Below, piece by piece: positions 62,861 to 64,000 of a DNA stretch of 64,000 bases. A model generated the notes under the pieces. That model saw only the letters and a list, made by a program, of their open reading frames with translations. It was not told the DNA's origin and ran no database searches. The stretch comes from Octopus sinensis (Eukaryota). The position numbers were made by a program, and so were the translations under genes. Positions within the stretch are counted from its first letter, which is position 1, and each line of letters starts with the position of its first letter. The stretch covers positions 23,994,001 to 24,058,000 of the forward strand of contig NC_043017.1 of assembly GCF_006345805.1 (NCBI RefSeq). Reading direction: 5' to 3'.

Positions 62861-63436
62861 AATGACAAGTGTTTGTATATCACCTCACGACGCCTACCAA
62901 ATTATTCAAGTTTTCGATCCCTTCATTTTTTGTTTTGTTTTGTATTTATCTTATTTTTATTCATATTTTCATTCTTGTTTACCGTTAATGTCTGTACCTT
63001 ACACATTTGTCCACGTGATATTATTCTTGTTCTTGATTTTGTTGTTTATATATATGTTTATAGGCTGCATAATAACCCACTTCACTAAATTTGCTAATTA
63101 TTTTCTATTTACGACTTCATTATTACTTATTTTATTCTTTTGTTCCATTTATTATTCATAAGCAACTAACACCCGGTCAATAATCTTATTAATGGCCTTA
63201 CGAACACTACTTTGCGTTTTGCATCATTTAACGCTGCATTTGCAATTATCCAGCATTCAAATTTTTAAGGAGATAGAACACACACACACATACACAGACG
63301 TATGTATATACCGGATGCAATTGCATGAACATACGAACGTGACGTGATATTTGTATGCAAGGTATATGTGTGTTTAAACACACAAACACACGTATGCGTG
63401 TAGCTAGCTAGACAGACAGACAGACAGATAGATAGA

Positions 63437-64000
63437 TATTAGTTTGTCAAGAAAGTCGTTAAAGGCGTGTTTGACATCGTCTTGGTTTTTGAAGCATTTC
63501 TCACGCAGGAAGTCGTCGAGATGCTTGAAAAAGTGGTAGTCGGTAGGCAAGAGGTCAGGTAAGTATGGTAGATGAGGCAGAGTTTCGTAGCCCAATTCGT
63601 TCAATTTCTGCAGGGTCAGTTGTGTGACGTGCGGCCGAGCGTTGTTATGCAGAAGAATTGGTCCTTTTCTATTTGACCAATGCTGGCTGTTGTTGTTGGA
63701 GTTTCTTATGCATTTCCTCCATTTGCTGAGAGTACTTCTCCGCCGTAATGGTTTCGCCTGGATCCAAAAAGCTGTGATGGATGAGACCGACCGCAGACCA
63801 CCAAACAGTCACCATGATCTTTTTTGGTGCAACTTTGGCTCCGGGAAGTGCTGCGGAGCTTCGTCGACGTCCAACCACTGAGCTGAACGTTGCCGGTTGT
63901 TGTAAAGAATCAACTTTTCATCGCAAGTCACAATCCGGTCGAGAAACGGGTTGCGTTAAAGAAAGGAAGACAACACTTAAAAACGGCATTTAAAAATTTT
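63437..64000 (-). pseudogene. Mariner transposase C-terminal part (its 5' end runs past the window edge)
   Basis: RIVTCDEKLILYNNR, PKLHQKKIMVTVWWS, ILLHNNARPH and HLPYLPDLLPTDYHFFKHLD. Confidence 0.9.

Overview
AT-rich, repeat-saturated animal genomic DNA. The SINE families and the density of CA/TA microsatellites point to an octopus; this is inferred from recognising the repeats, not from a database search. I can support only one host coding exon: the 76-nt first coding exon of an erg/KCNH2-type voltage-gated K+ channel on the minus strand (33868-33943). Its PAS-cap is unusually Arg-rich (MPVRRGRRTAGNRFLDTIINRVEGS). I could not find exon 2, so bases 1-33867 appear to be one intron of at least 33.8 kb, and the right half of the window is upstream sequence. 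The rest is mobile DNA. It includes at least four tRNA-derived SINE families and CR1, RTE, CRE-like and L2/Jockey-like LINE remnants. There are also a Gypsy pol relic, three Penelope-like (PLE) remnants, and Tc1, mariner, maT and pogo copies plus a full-length Tigger. The remainder is a hAT transposase relic, hAT and Merlin-type MITEs with clear target-site duplications (TSDs), and Helitrons. Each PLE remnant carries a hammerhead-ribozyme motif, and one of them lies in sense orientation inside the erg intron. Nearly all long ORFs in the supplied track are microsatellite read-throughs or antisense transposon frames. There is no CRISPR array, rRNA or genuine tRNA gene.
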